From Gordius albopunctatus (lineage: Eukaryota): a stretch of DNA of 64,000 nucleotides. The stretch is from NCBI GenBank assembly GCA_964276515.1, contig OZ193909.1, positions 12,958,001 to 13,022,000 on the forward strand, read 5' to 3'. The notes beneath the pieces are model-generated. The model was not told the DNA's origin. It was given only the letters and a program-made list of their open reading frames with translations, and ran no database searches. The position numbers and the translations under genes were made by a program. Each line of letters opens with the position of its first letter. The stretch's first letter is position 1. Shown here one piece after another: positions 50,136 through 63,232 of the stretch.

Positions 50136-53037
50136 ATGTTAGTATATACCACGTTTTAATGTCCGTGGTATACTTTGATCTTACTTAGATTTATTTTATT
50201 AATGTTAATATAAACGGGTTAAAGAACGGTTCTGCAATCCTTATAATTAAAAAAAGGAATTGGTCAAAGGAAGCACTTTTACCGCGGGTTAACCTAGACG
50301 CAGAAGTGGCTAAGTTTCTTTGACGCTCTTTTTTTAATTACTTTTTATTTTTAACTCAGCCACATCTGGTACTCATTTTCGCAGCCCCGTCTGAAGGTTG
50401 CCAGTTCATCGCTCGTTTAATTAAGCCCTCCACCCAGGGAAGATTCAACAGCTTTAAAAGCGAGATCTTACATTTATATTGCAGTCCTTTAAATTTTTTC
50501 CCAAAAACTTTGTATTTGTCCTAAAACCTTTGTAATTTTTCTCAATCCCTACGCTTCCCCCCTTTTATTGTAATTTTACTGAATGTTATAATTTTACCGT
50601 CGCAAATAATTTAATTGTAAATCTTTCTTTATTGTTGTAAATATTTAGTTGTTTTCGCGTTAATAAATTAATTCCTAATTTTCTTGGTAAAATCTTTTTA
50701 CTTACATCGCTACCGTCGCCTTTCCGCCAGCCATTACAAGTTGAACAAAATTAGATAGACAGGAAGGAAGGAAGTCCTATTCTTAGAACAAGCTCTTTAT
50801 TTTTATAATATATTTAGGTAATTTTGGAGAAATTATTTTTTAATGTTATTTGCGCATTTATTGGGGCTGAGCTTAGGACTAGGGTCGTGCTGATCAATCG
50901 TATAAAATAAAAAGTATCGAGTTTGATCATAAGTTTTTAGTCCTTAAAGAACGTCGCAAAGTTTTAAGCAATTTCAATAAAAATATTCAAAATAAAATTT
51001 CACCTGAAAATTATTTCCCAAATTTGCGGCAATAATTTAAATTTATCTATTGTTCATTAACTTAAAAATTTGTGTTTATAGAATATTTATTGATTCTAAT
51101 TTAATGAACGTAATTCGAATGTGTTTCAAACATTTAAAGTTTAACCTGTTCGACAGAATAGAAACTATCGTGATATTTATGAATGTTTTAACAAAACATC
51201 CTGCACACAAAAAAACACCCATAAAAGTTTGATTTGTTTGTATATTATCTTTATGGCTTAAGCAATGAATGTTGACAATAAATGACTCAGATTTTAAATG
51301 TCAATTCCAAACAATTTATAAACCATAATGTCAATCATGTTTATTAAGGGTGTTTTATAAATTTCATCAAGGGAGGGTTTAAAAAGTTTTTTTTACGTAT
51401 TTGAAATTAAAAACAAATATTGTTTAAGAAAATAGGCGAAAGTAATTGGGTGAAAACATTTATAATTAATAAAATGTGAAATACGGGCTCTTTTAGCACT
51501 AAAAAGTTGAGCTGTTAATTTTTTTAAAATTAACAATTAATTTCCCTTTGTTTTGAGACTCAGAAGAGAGAAAAATTTTGAATCATAAGCATAGTTAAAA
51601 ATTTAATTTAGGTAGGAAAAACTTATTTAATTAAATGTTTGACTAAATTTGACAAAAAAGAATTATCGCTACAATCAATGTATTATAAAAATGGGAAAAA
51701 TGTATTTACAGCTTGATACTCTGGAAAGGGGGGGGATTACTCAAAAGCACCCCTTGCTGATGTCATTGTGTTTCACAGTGTCGTTAAAATTATGTAGTAA
51801 CATTCATATGTCCTAAAATTGAGTTATATTTTAATTATTTTGATGTTCATTAGTGACTTTAAAAATGCACCTTATTAATTAATTTCAGGGGAAATTTGCA
51901 ATTTTAATAAACCATAATGTGCAATAAAATTTGATTCCAAAATTTATGAATGAACATTTGCTCTAAGAAGAAATCACTAAATCAATATCCAGTTTTGTTA
52001 AAATCTGTTCACATGTATTAATATTTCTAGCTAATTGTATATACAAATTGTTTAAGACTACCTTAGATTTGCATGTGGAGAAATTAGATTAATTAGTGCT
52101 CTAGTATCAATTAAATATCGTCAACCTTGTATTCTGTTATAAAAGTAGAAAAAGCAATTATTTTTTATTTGACTTAGTCAAAATTATACAATGTGTGCAT
52201 TAAAGAATAGGGATTATAAATTTTATAGGCTCGGAACCACTAAAATATTAATTCTATTAAAGATTAGTCCAAATCATTGTTGCTTAGATTTAAAAATGAA
52301 TTATTGTTTTTAATTGAATATTATTAATCTATGGTTACCTAGGCAATTTGAATAAAGCAACTTGAACATCGGTTACCTAGGAAAAAACTGAACCTTTATT
52401 ATTCGAGCATTCACAACTCACTATTCATAAATCTTAACCTTGTATTTGACCACTCATTATAATTTAAATCTCTCGTTATTATTCACACAAACTTACTAGA
52501 TGTATATAAACACAATAGGTTACATAAAAGAATTCATTCTCTTGAATCATTTGGGTTATATTAAAAGTAGAAACTTAATTCTCTACAAACCCCTGCTACT
52601 TTAATATAGTCTTAATATTTCTTTATTATCAGCTCATAAGCCTTTTGTAGGTATATGAGAAAAAATTTATGAAATAAATGACATCAACTGTGTGTACCAA
52701 TTTAACCCTGTATTTTAATTTCAAAATCAATCCGCATTGCAGCAAATTTGGTAAAACAACCCGTTAATATGTTAAATTGCATTTTTATTACCAAATCTAA
52801 TATATTTGAGTCAAAATATTTTTTTATATAAGTGCAAAGCGTTTATTTGCTTTAAATTATTGCTAAATTTTATAAATGATCTTTATTAAATTTATATTTA
52901 ATAGTAATTGTTCCTTGATAAACATTAATTTTTTTAAATGCATTATTTGATATATCATTTAAACATCTAACGATTACCACCATACATTGACCTTTCTAAT
53001 TCTATAATATTAAAATCTTAATAATAATCCAAATTAT

Positions 53038-53193
53038 CATGGGCGTAGCCAGAGAGGAGCAGGGAGGAGTGGCTGCCCACCTCTAAATCCAAAAATTTAT
53101 TAAGATTATGTCTAAAATTTCATAAAGTGATCATTTTGCCAATCCCTAAATCATTATTGCCCCCCTCTAATTCCAATGCTGACTAAGCCTATG
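53038..53193. mobile_element. CATGGGCGTAGCC-family MITE (hAT-type)
   Basis: CATGGGCGTAGCCAG...CTGACTAAGCCTATG; 8-bp TSD CAAATTAT/CTAATTAT. Confidence 0.75.
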
Positions 53194-54094
53194 CTAATTA
53201 TATGAAGCTTTGTCAATATAGTTTTATAATTGCCATCCAAAATTACAGTTTTAGTTATGGTTGATCCTGACTCATTAATGTTGCATCTCTAACTCCTATG
53301 TAATTTTTTAAGTTTCACGTAGTAAAGGAATAAATTACCTATAGTATATCTTGAATAATCTAACATTAAAGGTAAAAATATATTTTATTAAACACTGATT
53401 AAAAAAATAATGTATTTGCAAAAAAATACAAACATTAATTACAAACCTTTTCACCGTTTTCTCTACTAATTAGATATCATGTCAGATAAATTCCTTTCCA
53501 CAACAATCTTGCCCCTTTTTTATATAAAGGGGATTGTAAATATCTCTGCACCTAAGGTCACAGATTTTTTTGTTTAAGCCTTCTTCCCCCCATCCCTAAC
53601 TGTATAGCGTTTGTAGAGTTATAACACAGACACATAGGAAAGCTTTAAGTTTGTTGTTTAGACTAAATCTTGCATATTAGGAAAAAGCGTGTATAATTTA
53701 TTATGGCTTATGATTTCGCTTTTTACATGGAATATGATAATTAAATTGAGGCCCATTATTGAATTAAATTTCAAAATTGCTAATGGTTTTTGAATATCTA
53801 TAAATAGCCATGCATAATTGCTTTATATTGAATTTGTGCAAGTACTAGAGCCGAAATCCTTTTAATATAACAACTTTTTGGCATTTTTACTTAAACTTAC
53901 TGCTGTTTATAGGCAATTCAACATAGGGATAACTAGTTGAGCAAAGAAATAAGGATTCGATTTATAATTCTTGATTTTACAGGTTTAAATGAAAATTCAT
54001 TATTTACTTATAAAATTTTATAAAGTTCCAATTGCTAATTTTTATATATTTATAAATGTATATAAAAAATAATAATTTTTAACAAAAAACGACT

Positions 54095-54238
54095 ATAGGG
54101 AGAGAGAAGGGACTAGGGTTCAAAACGCATAATTATGGCCCTTTAAAATTTTAGCCATAATTTTAATAGACTTCAACAAATTAAATGTAGAAGGGCAACC
54201 ACCCCTGCCTCCCCCCCCTCCACCTGGCTATGCCCATG
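54095..54238. mobile_element. CATGGGCGTAGCC-family MITE, left end decayed
   Basis: Right TIR CTGGCTATGCCCATG preceded by the family C-rich motif. Confidence 0.55.
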
Positions 54239-55011
54239 TTATGACCGATAAAATTTTTAATAAACTTTGGTAAGCCCAATTATATTAATTAAATTTTTTT
54301 CCAAGCCTGGCCCGAAATAATCTTCTTTTCGTTTCTATATCAAAGCTTTATTGTTCACTTTATTTTTTCGCAACAAAATGTGTTTGATAGGTGTAGCCAG
54401 TCCAACAGCAGCCTTCCTTATCAATTTTCCCCTTTCCACGCTCCCCCTCGCTCGCATATTTTATTGAAGAAAGCAGCGCAAGAGAACTTATTATATATGC
54501 GTTCGTTTTGTGCAAATATTGTCAATCAGCATCTGCACGGCGCGCATGACAATTGTCACACTAATTGGTGACAATTTTGATGACAAAATAAATAGGTTTT
54601 TTTTCATTTTAAAATCTCGTTAAAGTTTATTTTGCCTCTTTGTTTAACTTCGGAATTAGTGTTGAAATTGGTTACCAATTAGGAATTTTTGACTATAGTC
54701 AAAAGCTCAAAAAATTTTATCTTGTAAAGTTCCCCTTTTTTGGCACTTCATTTTAGTTTTAAAATTAAGTTCTGTAAAATTTTTGTTCTGGACCCAGACT
54801 AGACCCCCTGGGAGGGTTTTATAATTCAAGACAAAACAACACTATGATGAACATCGACTGCCCCCCTCCCCCTCCCATCACCTAACTTTAATATTTTATT
54901 ATAACTAAATAAAATAATGGTCAAATTTTTGAAAAGTAGCATTTTGCCCCCGAGTTAAACATTTCAAATCTCGAATCCATTTGGTTTTAACTATGACTAA
55001 TTTTATGTTAT

Positions 55012-55049
55012 ATACATGAGCTCCAATACGAGCGAAAACGTTATATGCC
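55012..55049 (+). ncRNA. minimal hammerhead ribozyme, second copy (core damaged)
   Basis: ATAC--ATGA-GCTC(CAATAC)GAGC-GAA-AACGTT-A-TATGCC. 27 of 28 nt are identical to 1446-1473. It lacks the TG of CTGATGA but keeps the stem I 3' strand TATGCC. Confidence 0.6.
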
Positions 55050-56149
55050 TGTAATTATTTTAGAGCCACGCGCTAAAAGAGATGGGGAAAACTTTGCTAA
55101 ATTAGTCTCTAAGTTAAAGATTGCCCTAGCTAGATGCCATATTAATTGGAGTTGTTACTATTTGATTCGCGGTTACCACCCGTCGTAAATCGGGCCCTCT
55201 CTTTATGATACCCAAACCCGGAATCGTTTTAAAACCTTACTTCAATATTACATTAAAACATAGACAATTATACTATATACTGACTGACTGACTAACAGCT
55301 GCTTTTTGCACTTAAGCCGCCTTTTTGAGTGCGATACAATCCTGTGTCGTCAATGCGGATATTCTACACATTTTAACTAATTACGATGAAGTTTGAAAAT
55401 TTTTTACCTAACTAAGGTTTTTTTCTTTGTTAAAGGCTTAAATTAGGTGATAATAGTTTAATGTAATTTTTTTAAAATAACAGCGTTTATTTTGTTTATG
55501 ATATATATGTTCCTAAGATGGTCGACTACACTCTAACTCAAACATTATTATCAGCTCTTCGCCATTTCATAGTATTAATAGTCTGGTTATATATAAATAC
55601 AGTATTAACGAGCATGTCTTTCAAAATTCATATTTGTTTACATTTTTCTGTCCGAACCCTTCTAAGTGTACGCCCGACCATTCCTATATCATTAGAGATG
55701 TCCGGCACGAAATGACGCTTTTTTAATTTTTAAGCAATAATTTCGTTATATTTTTCAACAATTACTAAGATTAACAAATTAAATAAAAGGTGACAAAGTA
55801 ATACGCGAAAACAAATTACTACGTATTATTAAAAAAATAAAGCCCGAATTGCCCAATCTTGTTACTTGCCCGGCCCGTAAAAATCGATTTGAATATTCCT
55901 CCCCTCTCCGAAGAAAATCTTGGCTACGCTCCACAATGCCAACAATAACTCATGACAGCATATTAAATGTACATTTTAATATAATAGAATTAATAAATGA
56001 TCGGGCATTTGGTATAACGGAGAAGGTAGTTGATGTATGTATAATAAATCCTGTATTAAAATTAATTTTGAAATATGCCATAAATTTATTATTTGGAATA
56101 GCTATGACGGGCTCCTCCGACTCCTGACCTCCTCGAGGTAGCCCCTTAC

Positions 56150-59100
56150 ATGCCTTTCGCTACTCGCACTGTCTCTTCGGTACCGTCCGGAGGAAGAGAC
56201 GATGACGAAGCCCTTCGTCGTTCCGTGCTTTCCCGCGGTCCACACGACGTTTCCAACGCAGCGGCTTGTCAGCTGTTACGACAAATGGCGTCCCTGACTC
56301 GCTTGGCGGCCGACGTATTCGGCGACTTGCACGGCCGAGCAGCTGGGATGTACCGTCGAGCGGCAAACCTGCAGACCCGCGTGGATAAATGTAGCATCGG
56401 GGTGGCGGGCCTAGAAAAGATGGCCGACGTGGCGACACCCGCGTTAGCGCCATCTGGCGGATCTGGTTTTAATAAAAGTTAGAACTTTTGTTATGTTTAA
56501 AAGATTAGAATTTAATCATTTTTATCGGGTGTTATGACACCACCGAGTTTGAATGACGAATGTACGTTGCCTTATTCTTACTGAAATTTTTTATTTTATG
56601 AAAAAATTATGGTTAAATAGTTACCGATACTTTTGTAATTATTAGCTTATTTTTTGTTTATTGCGGACTTGCAGATTGCTTGTTTTTAATTTTGTATAGT
56701 TCACTTTTTAAGAAAAAAGCTTATTTATAAGACAAATTTATTTGTTAACCCCTTTACCTTTAAGCTTTATTTCATGGTGTTTTTTTTATAATTGGGTAGG
56801 TTTATAAGTTTGTTTAAACTCAATTAGATAATTAACTTCGCATAATTTAAATTTGTAATAGAACGCGAATGTTGAAAAAAGGAGGCCAATCATGAAATAA
56901 TATTTATTAGAGTATATATATATATATATATATTAAATGGCATGGACATACAAGAAGCTATATAAATTCGTTAACACCATCATAACATCATGTCGAGGTC
57001 TTACAAAATTTTTGGACTCCAACTAAAAAAGCGAATAGTTTGCTTAGTGAATATTAATTAACTTTTTAAACACTAAAGTATTCGCATCTAATTTTATAAT
57101 GTACATTACCAGCCAACCTAAGCTGTAGTAGTCCGCCTAAATTTTGAATTTCTTCCTAATCACAAAATAAGGAATGACAAAACGTTAGTGTATGCAAAAT
57201 TATTCAATATAGTAATATCGGTGAATAAATGCCCTTTTTCAATTTGACCTCTTACCTTAATTATGCAATATATTATTAAAATTTCACTATCTGGCCTAAA
57301 TATCTAATCGACATAATATAGTTGGCAGCACTTGTGTTTGAATGAATCAAATTTAGGATGATGATCTTCGCTTAATTAGCCTGCGAATTTCAATTGAAAC
57401 GAGAAATAATTAATATGCGTCTTTATATTCTATTATGACCCTTCACGACCCTAATATCGATTAAGGTGTGTTATTCGCATGTTAGTCATTATTATACCTA
57501 GAGTTGTTAAATTGCTAACTTTCTTCAATTACAGCCACCATCTGCTCGAGTTTCTGCTCGGCCCTCGAGCATTTTTATATGCTACTGCTCTGCCTACTGC
57601 ACCAAACAGCGAGCACATATTGTGTTAACGCGCATATTAAGCAACTCAATGTGCGTGCTCGCGTTTGGAGTTTGAAGAAATTTAGCAATTTAACAACTCT
57701 AATTATACCAATGTTTTTAAATTTTATTGATAAGTCAGAATTTTATAACGAATAGTATATTATAAATTAAGTTGCGAGATTAACTTTCGCTTCAACAAAA
57801 TTAATCTAAAGTTGTAATTTTTTATACTATGTTACTATAAAGCCCATAATTCTTTTATATAATGATTGGTCAAAGTGGTAATGTGATAGTTTGTTTTCCA
57901 ATTCTGAGTTCATTTTCCATAAATATATAGGGGAGACCGGGGCTATACGTAGCTCGGGGCTATACTTATCTTCTCAAATAATTTCCATATTTATAAAAAA
58001 ATGTACTTTATAAAGGCGCATTTCAGACTTAAAATTTTTTGGGAAAAAATTATACAGGGAAAAAGTTAGAGAGAAAATAAGGTTTTTCGGGGCTAAAAGC
58101 TTTTAGGTAATTTTTCTATAAAAATCTACTCGGAATAAATAATTTTGTTGAAAATGACTATTTTAAAACAACTCTCAAAAAATATTTTAGTTGTGGGGCT
58201 ATTGAGAGCGGGGCTATAATTATCTCTAATTCATTCATACATTAAAAATGGTGCAAACTTACAAATGTAAAACAAATTTGTACGAGATAATGAAATGAAA
58301 ATAAACAAGTATTTTATCAATATATGGTCAAATTTGTTAAGGTTAGGTATTTGGCTTATCAAATGGCAGTACAATTTAATTTATCAATGCCTAATTCATG
58401 GGTAGAATATGTAGATGCTGATTGGTTTTAATCTTTTATTGAAAGACCTGATTTCATTAAGGACTCTAGAACCAACATGATATTATATTTATATGCAATA
58501 AATTTTAATTCCATTTCATGATTGTCAAGTTTATGTAACACCTTTATATTAATAAAGCATTTAACAATCTCTGTAAAAACACATTTACCTTATAAATTTG
58601 TTTATGAAGCTTTATAAGCTATAAAAGACAAACTTAATATTTAACAATATTATAAATTATCATATGAAACTTTATAAGCTAGAAAAGACAAACTTTTAAT
58701 ATCTTGCAATATTATAATTTATTATATGAAACTTTATAGCTTTAAAAAACAAACTTATAATATTATAGCAATTATTAATTATTGTATGAAACTATATATG
58801 TTATGAAAGATAAACTTTTACTATTTTAGAAATTATAAATTATTATATGATACTTGATGTTGATATACTATTCAAAACAAATCAATTACAAAAGTTAAAA
58901 AGGGAATTGATTTGTCTAAATATAGTTGCATAATTTGTGCCAAAGACTATAGGAAAAATCATCAGAACTAAGATTGGTTTGCATGTAGAAGTTGCTCCAT
59001 GTGGGCACATGGATCATGTTGCAATAATGATATTTTTTTATATTTCAAAATTGTAAACAATAGAAAAAGCATTTTAAACAATGTGTGTGGTCATAATTTT

Positions 59101-62100
59101 GTTAATTTAGGAGTTTAATTTCTTTTAATCAAAGGTTTATTAAGTTTAAATACAAAATAATACAAAGGATAATATAGCCCCGCTTAGGGATAAGAATAGC
59201 CCCGGGCATTTTTCGAATTTATACCAGTTGTCTTTTTTTTGAAACCTTATTACTAAAAATCTATTATCTGTGTTGCTATAATTTTTTCCCCCTTTATAAA
59301 CACCGCTGACAAGAACATTTTTCTGAAAAAAGTATATGAAAATAGGTTAATATGTTTTGTCCAGGCCTCTTTGAAATTTTATGGACACGATAGCCCCGGT
59401 CTCCCCTACTCATCATTATTAATATAATTTTGCTGGCTATAATTTAATTGAGGAACATTTCACAAAGCAGAGAGAACCATAGTATAAACAATTAATTTGG
59501 GATCACTGAACTTAAGTCCTCTTTTCAACGGTGCTATAGTTTAATAAATTCCTCAATTTTCCTTGCAGACTTTCGAAGCAAGATGCCTATCGATCAGCAG
59601 GTAGTGGGTAAGAATACGATGCCTTTGGAAGTTCAGAAATCGTACGAGCTTTGCGACCCCGCACCTCCTCTCTCCAAACTCAACAAATATCGGTTAGTCG
59701 CCATTTTGAAATGTACATTTCTCTTGTGTCCACCAGTCCAGGCCGAAGTCAGCTCACGAAATATCTCTGCTAATTAACGTGTTATAACGTGCTCGATATG
59801 AATGAAAGTGATATTTGATAGATAATTTTATAGTTGGGGATATTTATAAAGATAGCCACTTTATAGATGTTATTCTGAATAAGGTTTAAACAATATTTGA
59901 AGCTTTTAAGGGAAAAATGGATCGAATTTTATTATTGCAAATCTTTTTTTTATAAAATTAGTTGAGTAGATAGTGATTTTACCTTGTTACATTAACACAA
60001 ATTTGTAAACTGTTGGTTTATTGTTTAAGCTATTTTTCATTATTTGCTGTGAATAAATTTCTAAGGCCGTAAACCCTGTTTTTAAGAATTACAGGGATTA
60101 ACATTTAATTATTTTTTATTTTAAAAACCAATTGTAAAGCTATAAGTTGCTTTAATATACGTTCTAATAATATGATTACAAACGATGAGAGTGGGCTCAT
60201 TTATCGTCTGCTTTTTTACCGAAACAAAAACCGTGCCTAACCTCTAAACTCAACGGCTTCCTGATTTCACATTAAATTATTTTAACAACCCCCCAAACCT
60301 ATTATGTTGCATGAATTAATATTTAAGTAAAATAACCACAATTTTTATACAGAGAAGACGGGAAGGATGCCATAAAATTTTACACAGACCCCGAATATTT
60401 TTTCGATTACTGGAAGACGGGAATGTTGAATGCTCCCGAACCCAAACCCACCGAACCTAAGGTCGCTCGTAAGGTAATACTAAATTGTGGTAGCTTTATA
60501 TGTAACAAATTACAGCATGGAGACTTTTTACTTAACTTATTGGCAGGCTTAAAGTTTAGCAACCACATTCAAGGTTTTTAATGACCAAATATTATTCGAT
60601 AATTTACATCAATGGTAAAAAGCTTTCTTTTTATACGTCCTCTTTTGTCTTTACCATAAATGAGCGTGCCAAAAATCCCAGCCATTTCAAATTCTGTAAA
60701 AATTAAGTTTGTGTTTGTTGCGATTCAATTGTTTCTGTAGCTTTATAAAATATACTAGAATATCTATGCCAAATTTGTCTTGCTTTTATCAAATAGTTTT
60801 TGAGGTATAAAATCTTTAATATTCCCGGGGTCTTACAAAACCCCACCTTCCACTATATGAAAAAAAATCATTATTTTTCTGAGCAATCTTTATATCTCAA
60901 ATAGAAGGAAATGTATATAAAAATTTATTTACAAACAGGGTTTTTAAGGAAAAGTTTTAAGGGAATATTTAAACTATTATAACCTTATTGCAGAAGGGCG
61001 GGGAGGGGCGACCCCCTAATTTTAATATGTTGAAATTTATTAAAATTACGACTTAAATTACAAAAAGGCATCATTTTGCCCCTCCGTAAATCATTATTGC
61101 CCCCCCCCCTATAATTCCGATGCCGGCTATGCCCATGCTTTATTGTAAGAACTGTTGGATTAAAATAATCCAGATATTTTAAAGATATTGTAGGTTCATT
61201 TTTATGAAACTATTGAAATAATGAAATCATAACAATCAGTCACTAGTTATTGATACTCTGTGCAACATTTTTAAACAGGGTTGGGGGCCTCATGATCCAA
61301 CCTAACATACGAAGTGATAAGCAATAAAAATTCAATAATCGGTCCTTGCGACCCCCACCCACTTATTGAATTCTCTATTTAGTATCAAAATGTTATCACA
61401 CAACTCTACAGGTTTATATATAAGCGGGAAGTTCGACCTTTTAAACCACACCCTTTACTGTATTATATTTTGATAGGTGTTATCGCCCGCGCCGCCTCCT
61501 ACAAATCTCCAACCTCTACGGAAAAACGACTTTGCAGACGGCCCATTAATGGGACGAGGCACATACCAAACCCCCTCATCGCACCCCCCACCCCCTAACA
61601 CTTTAGCTTTAGGGCCCGCCCTCAGGCAACTTACCATAGGACACCCACCTTCCTCCTCACCTCTCAATTATTATCAAGGGCATCGCCCTAATTACCTTCC
61701 ACCTCCGTGGCAGCAATCAGGCGGCCCCGGGGTAGGACATTACGGCTTACTACCGACCCTGCCCCACCCTCATCAGTCGCCTGGAGTGCCCCGCCCTTTT
61801 TTCCCCAGATCCGGCTCTACCTCGCACACTCATTACTTCCCTCACCTTCATCACGATTCTCTACCCCCACCCGCCGCCACCTCCTACATTCGATCCCAGG
61901 TGACGGATTTGGGGACCTACGAGTTGACCCCCATGGTTTCGCCCCCATCTCCCACCCCCTCGGGCAGCACCACCCCTCAGCGTTCCCGCCCTTCTAATCC
62001 TCCTCCGCCCCTCCCACCACCGCCTCCACCCCCACTACCTGCCCCGACATCACTCATAAGCGACGATCATCATCAATTCCTACCCCCTCCACCCTCACTC

Positions 62101-63232
62101 ACGAATACACCCACGGGAGGGACATTTTCCCCTCCTCCACCCCCACCACCCCTCTCCCTGGCTGAGCATGACTCTCTGGCAACTATAGGATACGTGGATG
62201 AGCATGAAACTGACAACGTCGACCAAGTTTCGGTCAAAATAATGGTTGGCACTACTACCCCTCAGACCGGCGATTTTCATCGAGACAACCTGCTATCAGC
62301 TATACGAACTGGTGAGGAATAATTGTCGATTAATGCATGGGCGTAGCCCCAGGATTTAAATTTGTGGGAGGCAATTTAATAATTTAAAGAGGGGAGGGTA
62401 AAATGATTATTTTTCTAAAATTTTTGCAATAATTTCATGATATCCCTCTCTGCCTCTCCATGGCTACGCACATGATAAGATATCTATTGTGCCGTACGCA
62501 GCAGCAGCATACATGCCTCTTTTATTTAGACGACTAAATTGAATTATAGCGCATTTTATTTGGTGCCATAATTATATATAAGGAGTTTGTTACTGGTTAA
62601 GATTATCAATGCACATCCCCGCGCCCCCAAATCAAATGCGCTACTTTTATATCAATAATTCCTTGCTAGGGGAAGGGCTTGTTGGCCATTGACGGAATTT
62701 AAATTGGAGAAGATGCATTGTTTTTACGATAGCGCATTTGGTTATTTTAAGAAAGTAGACCTTGGAATGTCCTTAGCAGCGCGTCGGTGATTTTGTTTTG
62801 CATTTAATGTTAAACTACGTAATTTTACATTTTTATCTGCGCGAAGCAATTATTCGAATGATAAATTTTAAAAAGTATAGGAACGTTTTTAACTTTTTTT
62901 CATTTCACGTCGAAATTTGTTTCTTATAAGGCGTCCCACTCAAGAAAGTTGAAAGCAGCGCTGCCCTCAGCAACGGACCTACGCCCGAGGCTTCTGCTCC
63001 GCTAGTTACCACTAAAGATAAAATCATCACGGCAGGGAAGGTTAACGGAGAAATTTTAAGTGGCCCGGCTGGCCGAACAACCATCATAACACCCAATACC
63101 ATGGCAGCCGGCATTGGTTCAACTTTGCCCACAGATGTGGCTTCTATACTAGCCCGACGCATAGCCGTGGAATACTCTGACACTGAAGACACGGAAGAAG
63201 GTTCCAGCGGAGAATGGGTGGAAAATACTTGA
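56150..63232 (+). CDS. WASF: SCAR/WAVE (WASP family) actin nucleation-promoting factor, 5 exons, 569 aa
   Basis: Exons 56150-56477, 59569-59692, 60353-60473, 61477-62311 and 62931-63232; GT-AG introns with matching phases (1710 nt). WHD motifs LLRQMASL...DVFGDL, CDPAPPL and REDGKDAIKFYTDPEYFFDYWK; polyproline region; WH2 RDNLLSAIRTGVPLKKV; C region DVASILARRIAVEYSD; acidic tail with Trp. Confidence 0.95.
57499..57701. mobile_element. young hAT-type MITE, 203 bp
   Basis: 30-bp TIR TAGAGTTGTTAAATTGCTAA-TTTCTTCAA (1 mismatch) and perfect 8-bp TSD ATTATACC. Confidence 0.92.
57930..59406 (+). mobile_element. pogo/Tigger-type non-autonomous element in WAVE intron 1
   Basis: TA TSDs and TIR GGGGAGACCGGGGCTAT. 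PHD-like remnant CIICAKDY...WFACRSCSMWAHGSC at ~58925-59025. Internal ~60-bp tandem array at 58590-58850. Confidence 0.9.
60991..61137. mobile_element. CATGGGCGTAGCC-family MITE
   Basis: Right TIR CCGGCTATGCCCATG; TSD CCTTATTG/CTTTATTG; body similar to 53038-53193. Confidence 0.7.
62336..62474. mobile_element. CATGGGCGTAGCC-family MITE
   Basis: CATGGGCGTAGCC...GGCTACGCACATG, starting 24 nt after the end of WAVE exon 4. Confidence 0.7.

Noticed and set aside
58590..58850. ~60-bp AT-rich tandem array
   Set aside because: Degenerate minisatellite inside the pogo element; no spacer structure.
61279..61409. Possible extra WAVE exons in intron 3
   Set aside because: Candidates either contain an in-frame stop or have the wrong phase; the region looks like a small inverted repeat.
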